A DNA stretch of 63,974 bases, the filler included, from Malassezia furfur (Eukaryota): NCBI GenBank assembly GCA_052055015.1. It is 5 parts of 5 records of this genome, joined end to end, with 100 filler letters (N's around TTAATTAATTAA, not from the genome) between each part and the next. Parts side by side here need not be neighbours in the genome. Positions count along the whole stretch, not along the records: positions 54,851 to 63,974 come from JBQJIT010000436.1; 4 more parts are not named here. One strand, given 5' to 3'. The notes beneath the pieces are model-generated. The model searched no databases. It saw only the letters and a list, made by a program, of their open reading frames with translations, and was not told the origin of the DNA. Shown here in pieces: positions 54,851 through 63,974 of the stretch; the stretch's first letter is position 1; each line of letters opens with the position of its first letter. The translations under genes and the position numbers were made by a program.

Positions 54851-57128
54851 CGGTGCGGGCGCCGGTCGAGCCGCACCCCCGCTACGACCCCGCGGCGCCC
54901 GGTGCGGTGGTGATGCGGCGCCCCTCGGAGAAGCACCAGGCGCTGTACGGCCGCGGGATGCCCGTGGTGGACGTGGTGCTGGACCCCGAGCTGACGTCGG
55001 TGCTGCGCCCCCACCAGGTGGACGGTGTGCGCTTTCTGTACGAGGCGGTGACGGGCATGGCGGCGCTGGAGCACGGCCATGCGTCGCCCGGCCAGGGCGC
55101 GATTCTGGCCGACGAGATGGGCCTCGGCAAGACGCTGCAGACCATTGCGCTGGTCATGACGCTCCTACGGCAGAGCTGCTACTTTTCCTCGGTGACGCAG
55201 GGCACGATTGAAAAGGCGCTCATTGTGTGCCCCCTGACGCTCGTGGTGAACTGGAAGCGCGAGTTCCGCAAGTGGGTCGGGCGCAGCTCGATCGGCGTGC
55301 TCGCCGTCGAGGGCGACGGGCGCAGCGAGGTCGAGCGCTTCGTCCAAGGGCGGCAGTACCAGGTGCTGATCATCGGCTACGAGCGCCTGCGCAGCTGTGC
55401 GGCGCAGCTCGCGCGCGCGCACCCGCCCGTGGGCCTGGTGGTCTGCGACGAGGGGCACCGCCTCAAGTCCAAGGACACCAAGACGACCAAGTGCTTTGAC
55501 GCGTTCCAGACGCGCCGCCGCGTGCTGCTCACCGGCACGCCGATCCAAAACGACCTGCGCGAGTTTTACTCGATGGTCGACTTTGTGTACCCCGGCATGT
55601 TTGACCACTACGCCGTGTTCAAGCGGGTGTTTGAGGACCCGATCATGCGCAGCCGCGTGCAGCACTGCACGCCGCAGGCCGCGGCGCTCGGGCGCGCGCG
55701 CAGCCAGGCGCTGCAGCTCGTCACCAAAGGCGTCATTCTGCGGCGCACCGCCGACCTGCTCGCGCGCTACCTCCCCCCCAAACGTACGTTGCGCCGCTCA
55801 CCCAGACGAGGCCGTGCTGTTCTGCGGCATGGCGCCCATCCAGCGCCGGCTGTATGCGCTGTGCGCCGAGTATGTACAGTACCAGCTGGCGTTCAGCGAG
55901 GAGCGCAACTACCTGCCGTTCATCACGCTGCTCCGCCAGCTGTGCAACGCGCCCGAGCTCGTCGCGGACGCGGACGCCGGCGCCGACGCGAGCACTGCGG
56001 CGCTGCGGCGCGCCGTCGGCGACGTGTACCGCCGCGCCCACGTGCGCCGTGCGGCGCGCGTCGAGAGCGGCAAGCTCGCCGTGCTGCATGCGCTGCTCAC
56101 CGCCGTGCGGCAGCACACGAGCGACCGCGTGATTGTCGTGTCCAACTTCACCGCGACGCTCGACCTGCTCCAGCGCTACTGCCACGAGCACCACTTTCCC
56201 ACGCTGCGCCTCGATGGCAAGACGAAGCAGGACGCGCGCGCGAAGCTCGTGAGCCAGTTCAACCGCGCGGCGCGCGACGACGCCGACGACGCGTTCGTGT
56301 TCCTGCTGAGCTCGCGGTCGGGCGGCGTCGGCCTCAATTTGACCGGCGCCAACCGGCTCGTGCTGTTCGACAGCGACTGGAACCCGTCGACGGACCGGCA
56401 GGCGATGGCGCGCATCCACCGCGACGGGCAGACCAAGCCGTGCTTCATCTACCGCCTGCTCACCGTCGGTGCGATGGACGAAAAGATGTACCAGCGGCAG
56501 ATCACCAAGATCGGCCTCAGTGACGCGCTCGTCGGCAGCGCCTCGCAGTCCACCGACCAAGCCGCGGCCTCGGGCGACTCCTTCTCCCAGGAAGAGATCC
56601 GCGACATTTTTACGTGGCACCCCCACACGCGGTGCCTCACGCACGACCTGCTGCGCTGCCCGTGCGACGGGCGCGGCACACCGCCGCCCGCCGCACCCGA
56701 CACGGAGGCGGACACCGCCGTGCCGCGCATGCGCACCGGATTCGTGTCCGCGGCCGACGTGCAAAAGGAGAGTGTGCTGGTACGTGCGCGCCGACTCACC
56801 CCAGGAACGTGCGCAGCGCCAGGAACTCGCGCGGCAGCTTGGCGACATGCGCCACTACGACTTTGTGCACCACGCCACGGCCCTTGTGCATGACCCGCTG
56901 CTCCAGCACCTCGCCACGCCGCCGCCCACGGACGGCGGCCGCGCCGAGGCCAAGGAGCCCGTCGTGTCGTCGCTCGCGTCCTACGACTCAGATACCCCCT
57001 ACCTCGACCAGCTCGTGGAAAAATACACGTCTAGCACCGTGCCGGCGCTCGCCGCGCACGCACTGCAGTACGTGTTCGCCAAGCCGCCCGCGCCGTCCAC
57101 GCCGAGCGCGGACGCCCCTGTAGCCTAA
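54851..57128 (+). CDS. RDH54: Rad54B/Rdh54-type SNF2 DNA translocase (5' truncated)
   Basis: LRPHQVDGV, ILADEMGLGKT, CDEGHRLK, TGTPIQNDL, SGKL, GGVGLNL, DSDWNP, QAMARIHRDGQ. Introns 55784-55805 and 56780-56804. Confidence 0.88.
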
Positions 57129-57158
57129 GCACGCACCACCTCCACTTGTCCACGACGC

Positions 57159-57792
57159 ATGCCGCTGAGTGCCGAAGAGTACGACGCGCTCACACCCGAC
57201 GCACAGCGCGCGCACGACGCCGCCGAGGCGGAGCGCGAGCGCGCCGAGCAGGCGGCGCTCCCGTACCACTGGACACAGGCGCTCGACCATGTCGAAGTGA
57301 GCGTGCCGGTGCCTGAGGGCACGCGCGCCAAGCAGGTGCGGGTCGACTTGGGCCGCACACGCCTCTGCGTCGTGGTGCAAGGCACGACGGTCGTCGAGGT
57401 ACGTGCTGCATTGCTCACCCAGGGCGAGCTCGCGAAACCCGTGCGCCCGGACGACTGCACGTGGACGATTGGTACGCGGCGCGCGACTGACGCAGACGAC
57501 GGCACCACGCTCGTGATCCACCTCGAGAAGGAGAACCAGAACGAGTGGTGGGCGCACGTCGTGACGCACCACCCACGCATCGATACCACCAAGATCCGGC
57601 CCGAGGACTCGAAGCTCAGCGACCTGGATGGCGAGACACGGTACGTGACGACTGACGAGCCTAGCGCTATGGTGGAAAAGATGATGGTACGTACGCTGCA
57701 CTCACCGCGCAGTACGACAACCGCCAAAAGGTACGTGGTCCCGTCTTACTCGGCAGCTTGCGCAGCGTGCGCCTGACGCTCCACCCATGTAG
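57159..57792 (+). CDS. NUDC: NudC co-chaperone (CS domain)
   Basis: [55 protein letters not shown]. Five introns of 24-26 nt. Confidence 0.9.
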
Positions 57793-57848
57793 TCGACATA
57801 GCCGACCTGAGCCTGCACTGCATCCACGCGTCGACGCTCATGCTCGCT

Positions 57849-57874
57849 ACACACACACACACACACACACACAC
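57849..57874. repeat. (AC)13 microsatellite
   Basis: Visible directly. Confidence 0.95.
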
Positions 57875-58054
57875 TAGCGTTTCAAAGCCCTCTTACGAGG
57901 CAGTTTTGTATTGGCAATGGACAAGCTTCCGATATAATGGCATCGGTCCGAACCCGACCAGTGCCATGGTACAATCGCCAACAAGCTCGGTAGGCCATGG
58001 CAAATGTGGGAGCGCCAAAACGACGCAGCAAACGCGGTGCAATCGCTCGCACGT

Positions 58055-58557
58055 TTACAGACGGCGACCACGGCGACCACCCTTCCGGCGAGTCGAGTCC
58101 GAGGGCACGGGCGTCACGTCCTCAATGCGGCCGATGCGCATGCCGGCGCGAGCCAGGGCGCGGAGCGCGCTCTGGGCACCCGGGCCCGGAGCCTTGGAGC
58201 TCACACCACCGGTGCCGCGGATGCGGATGTGGACGGCGGTGATGCCGACCTCCTTGCAGCGCGCGGCGCAGTCCTGCGCGGCAAGCATGGCAGCGTACGG
58301 CGACGACTCGTCACGGTCGGCCTTGACCTTCATACCGCCGGTAACACGGACGATGGTCTCCTTGCCGGTGAGATCCGTCACATGGACAAAGGTATCGTTG
58401 AAAGAGGCGTAGATGCTGTCGCGGTTAGCGTCCGTTCCACGTTGGTGCGCCCCTGTGGGCGACCCAAAAATACGTACTGGGCGACGCCGAACACAATCTT
58501 GCCGTCGTCGACGTTGGTGCCGAGGGAGACCTCGTTCGTGCGGACCTTGGGCGCCAT
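58055..58557 (-). CDS. RPS14: 40S ribosomal protein uS11
   Basis: [52 protein letters not shown]. Coding intron 58416-58477; probable 5'UTR intron 58558-58594. Confidence 0.96.
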
Positions 58558-58658
58558 CTGACGGTTAGCGTGTGCGCTTGCGAAGAGTACCCACGTTGAG
58601 ATTACGATGGACAAGTCGAAGACGAGCGCCGCGGTCCTTTTCCAGCGCGCACTTATGT

Positions 58659-58687
58659 CACGTGCATGTCATACAGATTATCACGTG
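58659..58687. promoter_or_regulatory. Paired TCACGTGCA E-boxes in the RPS14/RPL38 divergent promoter
   Basis: CACGTG at 58659 and 58682; the same hexamer recurs in many promoters in this window. Confidence 0.55.
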
Positions 58688-58763
58688 CACACAGTTCGCG
58701 CGCGAGCGCTGTCGTGTCCACGCGGCGAGAATCCTTCCTTCAACGCAGTCGCGAACAGACAGG

Positions 58764-59107
58764 ATGGTGCGTAGGCCCGGCGTGCGCCGCGTGCGACGAA
58801 CAGCATACTGACCGCCCGCCAGCCCCGTCAGGTTACGGATATTAAGAACTTCTTGGCGATTGCCAACCGTCCCGACGCCAAGACCGCGCGGGTCAAGAAG
58901 ACGCTGCTCGCCAAGGGCACCGTCCAGACCAAGTTCAAGGTCCGCTGCTCGCGCTTCCTGTACACGCTCGTCGTGGACGACGTCGAGAAGGCCGAGAAGC
59001 TCAAGCAGTCGCTCCCGCCCAGTACGTGTCGCGCGTGCGCCGTGCAGCATACTGACCACACAGAGCTCGCCGTGACGGAGATCGGCTCGAAGCACCTCAA
59101 GAAGTAA
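58764..59107 (+). CDS. RPL38: 60S ribosomal protein eL38
   Basis: [39 protein letters not shown]. Introns 58767-58822 and 59022-59063. Confidence 0.95.
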
Positions 59108-59223
59108 ACTGACATTGTATCATGTCCTCCTAGCATGACGTGCGCGACGTGCTGGCGTTATATGTCGCTGGTCTGTCTGTAGCCACGACCAAAATATCTT
59201 ATTCCCGACCAGGCCAGGCGTGA

Positions 59224-59240
59224 GTGTGTGTGTGTGTGTG
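59224..59240. repeat. (GT)8 microsatellite
   Basis: Visible directly. Confidence 0.9.
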
Positions 59241-59296
59241 CTCCGAATGCTACATACATAATACAGTGGATAGAAATCGGGCGCGCGTCTCGCTTG

Positions 59297-61024
59297 CTAG
59301 CTTCGCAGCAGCGCCACGAGACTCGAGCAGATCGCAAAGGTCAGTCCAAGCGTCATCCAGAGGTTGGTCGAGTCTGCCGGCGCCGTGGGGCGGCGCGGCG
59401 TCGGCGCCTGCGACTCGTGCATCCTCGGCGCCTCCTTTTCCGGCATCGGCGCACCGAGGCGCTCGGTGGACGCGACGCGGGGCGTGCTTGGGTTGCTCCA
59501 AGTGTCGAGCACCGACTTGATCTTGGCCTCCTCTTGTGCCCAGTGCCGTGCGTGGGCGTCCCACTGCTGCTCGAGCGTGCGGCGCCACTGCTCCTGCTCG
59601 CGCGACACGGCGGCGGTCTCGGTGGCCTCGCGGGTCTGTAGGTTGTTCTCGAGGCGGGTGAGGCGCTCGGCGAGCGAGGCGATGCGCGACGACGAATCGT
59701 CCGCCTCGCGCTCGCTCAGGCGCTGTTCGAGGGCCTCGATGCGGGCGACCAGTGCGGCGTGCTCCTGCTGCGTGACGTGCGCCTCGGTCTGGGTGGATGG
59801 TGGTGGCGCCTCGTGTGTCGGCTCGTCGATCGGTGTGTCGGTGTGAGGTGCGTCGCGGGACGCTTCCTGGGGCGCGTCCGGCGTGGCGGTCTCTACGCTG
59901 GTGATGCTCGCTGCATCGTCGTCGTCGGCGCGGCGCACGCGCGAGGGCAGCCCGTAGGCGAGCCATGCATTGGTCTTTTCGTTTTCGGTGGGCAGGTTGA
60001 GGCCGCGTTTGGTATCTTCGAGCTGCTGCTTCAAATTGGCGACTTCGTCCGAGACGTGTTCGTAGGTGGCCAGCGTGGTCTCGAGGCCCTTGATGCGCTC
60101 GACGTGGCTCGCAAGCATGGCATGCGTGCTGCTGAGCTGCGCCTCGAGCGACACAAAGGCGGCCGCATCGACACTGCGGGTCTCGCTGCTCTCCTTGGCA
60201 GGCGGCTGCGACGGGCCCTGCGGGGGGACGAGCTGCGGGTAGGGCGCGTTTTGTACGGGCGCGGTGCCGCCGCCGAGCGTCTCGTGGATGTTTTGGATGG
60301 TGTTGCTGAGCGACGACAGCTCTGTGCCGGCCATCTTGCTCTTTTGCAGCTCGTTTTGCAGCCGGAAAATGACGTGGTCAAAGTTGACGCCCGGCTTGCC
60401 GCGGCGCAGACCGCCCTCGGCGCCAGGGCAGATGCCCGCGTTGCCGAGCGCGCCGCCGTGCACGCCGCCACGGTACAGGCTGGTGAAGTCGTTGCGCAGC
60501 TTCAGCGCGTCCTCCGGCGTCATCACCAAAAAGACGCGGCAGGCGACGCGGTGGTGCAAAATCTCCTTGTTGTCGTCGGTGAGGATGTCGATCCCGAAAT
60601 CCACCACGTCGTCCGTGTGCAGCACATACGGCTCCGACTCTTGCGACTCGGGCGATAGGCGCGTACCGTTGACAAAGGTGCCGTTGGACGACTTGACGTC
60701 TTTGATGTACACCTTGTCGTTCTCGCTCCACACCTCGGCGTGCGCGCGCGAGAGCACCTTGCTGTCAAAGTAGCCGTTCAGTGGGTTCGGCACCGACTTG
60801 GCGTTCGAGTACCGGCCGATCTTGACGCGGTTCTGCGCGCTGGGCGGGGCGAGGTTGATCTGCTTCGGCACAAACGTGTCGTTCAGTGGGTACAGGTGCA
60901 GCGCAGGGTACATGAGCGCGTCCTGCGATGGGCTGCTCTGCTTGTTGTGCGCGGCCGCTGCACCGTTCTGGCTGTACTTCGCCGGAGCATTGCTGTACGC
61001 TTTCGGGGGAGCACGGTCGGCCAT
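59297..61024 (-). CDS. FHA, coiled-coil and tail-anchor protein (Far9/Vps64/SLMAP, STRIPAK)
   Basis: VKIGR..NGYFDSKVLSRAHAEV..IKDVKSSNGTFVNG..FGIDI; coiled coils; C-terminal TM helix. Confidence 0.88.
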   Translation of the reverse strand: MADRAPPKAYSNAPAKYSQNGAAAAHNKQSSPSQDALMYPALHLYPLNDTFVPKQINLAPPSAQNRVKIGRYSNAKSVPNPLNGYFDSKVLSRAHAEVWSENDKVYIKDVKSSNGTFVNGTRLSPESQESEPYVLHTDDVVDFGIDILTDDNKEILHHRVACRVFLVMTPEDALKLRNDFTSLYRGGVHGGALGNAGICPGAEGGLRRGKPGVNFDHVIFRLQNELQKSKMAGTELSSLSNTIQNIHETLGGGTAPVQNAPYPQLVPPQGPSQPPAKESSETRSVDAAAFVSLEAQLSSTHAMLASHVERIKGLETTLATYEHVSDEVANLKQQLEDTKRGLNLPTENEKTNAWLAYGLPSRVRRADDDDAASITSVETATPDAPQEASRDAPHTDTPIDEPTHEAPPPSTQTEAHVTQQEHAALVARIEALEQRLSEREADDSSSRIASLAERLTRLENNLQTREATETAAVSREQEQWRRTLEQQWDAHARHWAQEEAKIKSVLDTWSNPSTPRVASTERLGAPMPEKEAPRMHESQAPTPRRPTAPADSTNLWMTLGLTFAICSSLVALLRS

Positions 61025-61105
61025 CTTGGCTGTCGCGGCCGCGAGCAGGGCGTGACCAGCCCCGCCATCGGGGGACGTTATGTAAGCCACGTGGCGTGGT
61101 GCGTG

Positions 61106-62770
61106 CTACAGAAACTCGAGGCCGATGCCAAACTGGAGGCCCTTGCGCGTGCCGTCGGAGCGGCGCGCGAGCACGGGCAGGCCAAAGTTGAGCTCGAGGC
61201 GCACCGGGCCCTGCTGGAAGAGCAGGCCGAGGCCCATCGATGCTGACGGCTGCAAGAGCTCGGTATAGGACGCGGGCGTGCCCGGTTGATCTGGGTCAGT
61301 ACGCGTAGGGCGCGGCCACGTACAGCTCTGGGCCTGCGTCAGCTGGCCGGCGTTCGCAAACGCGTGCACCTTGAGCGGCCAGTCGGCGCGCGCCGGGATG
61401 GGGGCGAGCAGCGAGGCCCCTGCGGCCCAGTACGCGTCGCCGCCGAGCGAGTCGTACGCCTCGCGCGGCCCAAGCGAGTTGAGGCGGAACATGCGCACGT
61501 CCGTCGGCCCACCCAGCATGAAGCGGTCGCTCAAGCACGCGGGCCGCCCGTCGAGCGTGTGCATCCACCCTGCACGCGCGCCCAGGGACCAGGCCCAGCC
61601 TGCGCCAAAGGCGCGCGCGACGGTGGCATAGCCCTCCGACTTGACAAACGACGTGTCGCCGCCGAGGCCCGCGTACTCAAGCATGCCGCGCCAGTAGCTC
61701 CCGGTGGTCGTCATAAATGGGTCGTTGCGGGTATCGAGCTCCGCCGAGTACGTCAAGGCAGACTTGAACGAGGGTTTCGCAAGACGCCGGATCCTGGGGT
61801 CAGTAAGCGCCGACGTACGCGACCGAGGCCCGCGGCAGCAGGTGGTGGAAGTGGCGGTGGCTCGCCTCGTAGGCCAGCTCGTTGCGCACGCCATCCTGGC
61901 CCAACATCTGCGGTAAGTAGGCGGCACGTACCATGCACGCGGCGCGGAGCGTATGCAGACCCTCGTGTGCACTCAGGTAGCCGGTCAAGTCGCGGTGCTG
62001 TGCGAGCGCCGACACGTTCGCCCAGACGTCGGGCGACGCAAGCACGGGCGTGGAAAACACGGCGTGGTACGCATGCCGCGTGCGGGTACCAAGCGTCGCG
62101 CTGCCCTCGAGCGTTTCGGCGCCGCCAAAGACGTTGCGGACCTTGCCCTGGATCGACGCGGTGCCCTCGCTCTGCCCGACGCTTGTGTTGGTTTTGAGGA
62201 AGAAGCGCTTGGCGGGCTGCACGCGCAGCACCAGGTCCACGTCCTCTTCCGGGTGTCCGCTCGACAGCTGCGACGGTTCGAGGCTCGCGGCAATGTCGCG
62301 GACCAGGTCGAGGCGCGCGAGGTCGCCGCCCAGCGCGGTGGTGATGTCGAGCAGCGACTTGAACGTCGCGGGCTCGCCGGGGAGCGCGTGCGATGCGCGC
62401 TCGCCGTACCACCACGCGCTGAGCGGTGTGACACCGCTGCTCGCATCGACGTACGGGCGGCACAGGCCCGCAAGGAACGACGGCCGGACGTTACGCAGCC
62501 CCTGGATGCGCACGGCGCACAGGCGGAGCGTCGGGGGCTCGCCCGCAAGCCACTGGAGTGAGCGGCAGGTGCACGTACGGGCTGCTGGAATTGTTCGATG
62601 GCGCGCGGCAAATTGTGCTCAACCTCCTTTGGCGGCGCCTCCGGCACGGGCGCGGGGTCCGTGGGCGGCGGCGCCTCTGCCGGCGGCGCCTCTGGTGGTG
62701 GCGCAAATAGCGGCTCTTCGGTGAGCTTGCGTGCGGCGATCGCGTCACTCAGCACGTCGTTCGCCGTCAT
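61106..62770 (-). CDS. SAM50: Mitochondrial outer-membrane beta-barrel assembly protein
   Basis: RNVFGGAETL, DTRNDP, DRFMLGGPTDVRMF..LGP..DSLGGDAYWA, RLELNFGLP..GLQFGIGLEFL. Four introns of 24-33 nt. Confidence 0.92.
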
Positions 62771-62877
62771 CTTCCACCCGCCTGCGAGCCACGTCCGCGA
62801 CGGCGGTTCGGAAGCACGTGGCACTTCCTCGCGCCGTCTGCGTCTGCGTCTGGGTGCACGGCCGCGAGGCGAGCGCG

Positions 62878-63641
62878 ATGTTTATGCTGTCCGAGATCGA
62901 GGTACGGGGCGTGCTGACGCAGGACACCATCCGTGTGGACCCCAAGCACTTTAGCAAGGAGAGCGCGCAGGCGATCACGGACCAAATCAATGCGAAATAT
63001 GCGAACCGAGTACGTGACGCGCGCCTGACCGTGTGCAGATCTTGCCCGACGTAGGGCTGTGCATTGCGGTGCACGACGTGCTGGACGCGAGCGAAGGGCG
63101 CGTGCGGTGGGGCGACGGGTGCCTGTACTACACGGTGCGCTTCCGCCTCGTCGTCTTCCGCCCGTTTACGAACGAGGTGCTGGTCGGCCGCATCAGCTCG
63201 TCGACGCACGAGGGGCTGCGCGTGTCGATGGGCTTCTTTGACGAGATCTACGTCCCGCCGCACCTGATGCCGACGCCGCACGCGTTCGACTACCAGGAGC
63301 AGGCGTGGTTCTGGCTGCTGGACCCCGCGACCGAGGAGCACAGTGCGGATCCGCTGCTGTCTGCGCCGGAGGAGCGCATGTACCTCGACGTCGGTGAGAC
63401 GATCCGCTTTGCGATCGAGTCGGACCACTTTTACGACGTCGAGCCCGGGCCGGCGCTCGGCGAGGGCAAGCTCGGCGAGACGCCGAGCGGGGTGGGCAAT
63501 ATCCCCGGCGCGCCGGGGACGCAGGGCGCAGCGAATTATTCGTCGTACCGGATTACTGGATCTATTGCAGGGCAGGGTCTGGGGCTAGTCTCGTGGTGGG
63601 CGGGCGCCGAACAGGTATCGGTCGATGGAGCAGGAGAGTGA
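62878..63641 (+). CDS. RPC25: RNA polymerase III subunit C25
   Basis: MFMLSEIE|DTIRVDP..INAKYANR|ILPDVGLCI..GDG..FRLVVFRPF..GFFDEIYVP..GLGLVSWW. Introns 62902-62922 and 63010-63038. Confidence 0.93.
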
Positions 63642-63780
63642 AGCGAGGATGCACAGCGCGCACGCGACGCGCGCCGCCATGGCCACGCGCCCTGTCATAC
63701 CCGAGCCAGGAGAACACACTGGGAAAACGAAAAAAAAAAAGCAAAAGGGGGCACGGAGCCATAGCCAGAACGAACGCGAC

Positions 63781-63974
63781 TTAGCTCTCGTGCTTGGGAC
63801 CGGAAATGGTGTACATCACCTTGGCATGGTGCAAGTTCAACGAGCGTGGGGACTGGACGGCCGGCGGCGGCGAGACGGGGCGCACCGCCGCGCGTGTCGT
63901 TGCATAGGGTATCGGAGCCGCAGCTCGCAACGGGGCCTCGTCGGCCATTGATGCAGGCGCCGGCGCCCAGGCGG
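63781..63974 (-). CDS. Possible C-terminus of an unidentified protein
   Basis: Open frame ..RPVSPPPAVQSPRSLNLHHAKVMYTISGPKHES* converging on RPC25; no recognisable motif. Confidence 0.35.
   Translation of the reverse strand, partial: AWAPAPASMADEAPLRAAAPIPYATTRAAVRPVSPPPAVQSPRSLNLHHAKVMYTISGPKHES

Overview
This is GC-rich, extremely gene-dense eukaryotic DNA from a basidiomycete yeast, most likely Malassezia. That call is an inference from a cyclophilin closely resembling allergen Mala s 6, tiny introns and minimal intergenic DNA. The window is not one locus: five contigs are joined by artificial 100-nt linkers (N44-TTAATTAATTAA-N44) and appear sorted by decreasing length. It holds about 45 mostly housekeeping protein genes (several cut at contig ends) and three intron-containing tRNA genes (2x Pro-AGG, 1x Arg-TCT). 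I found no CRISPR array, transposon or rRNA. Most six-frame ORFs are GC-driven shadows, and real genes only emerge after removing very short spliceosomal introns. The most notable signals are: (1) dozens of 21-26 nt GT-AG introns, many in-frame and stop-free; (2) an HP1/Swi6 homologue missing two of three methyl-lysine cage residues; (3) a GNAT acetyltransferase-Mss4 fusion; (4) an unexplained ~580-nt hairpin-rich region between tRNA-Arg and an RRM-YTH gene; (5) CACGTG in many tiny promoters; (6) CSN1 and CSN4 head-to-head 38 bp apart; (7) two mutually similar introns in RPL38; (8) tandem tRNA-Pro genes with identical exons but unrelated introns. All gene models and homologies were made by eye; no database search was run.
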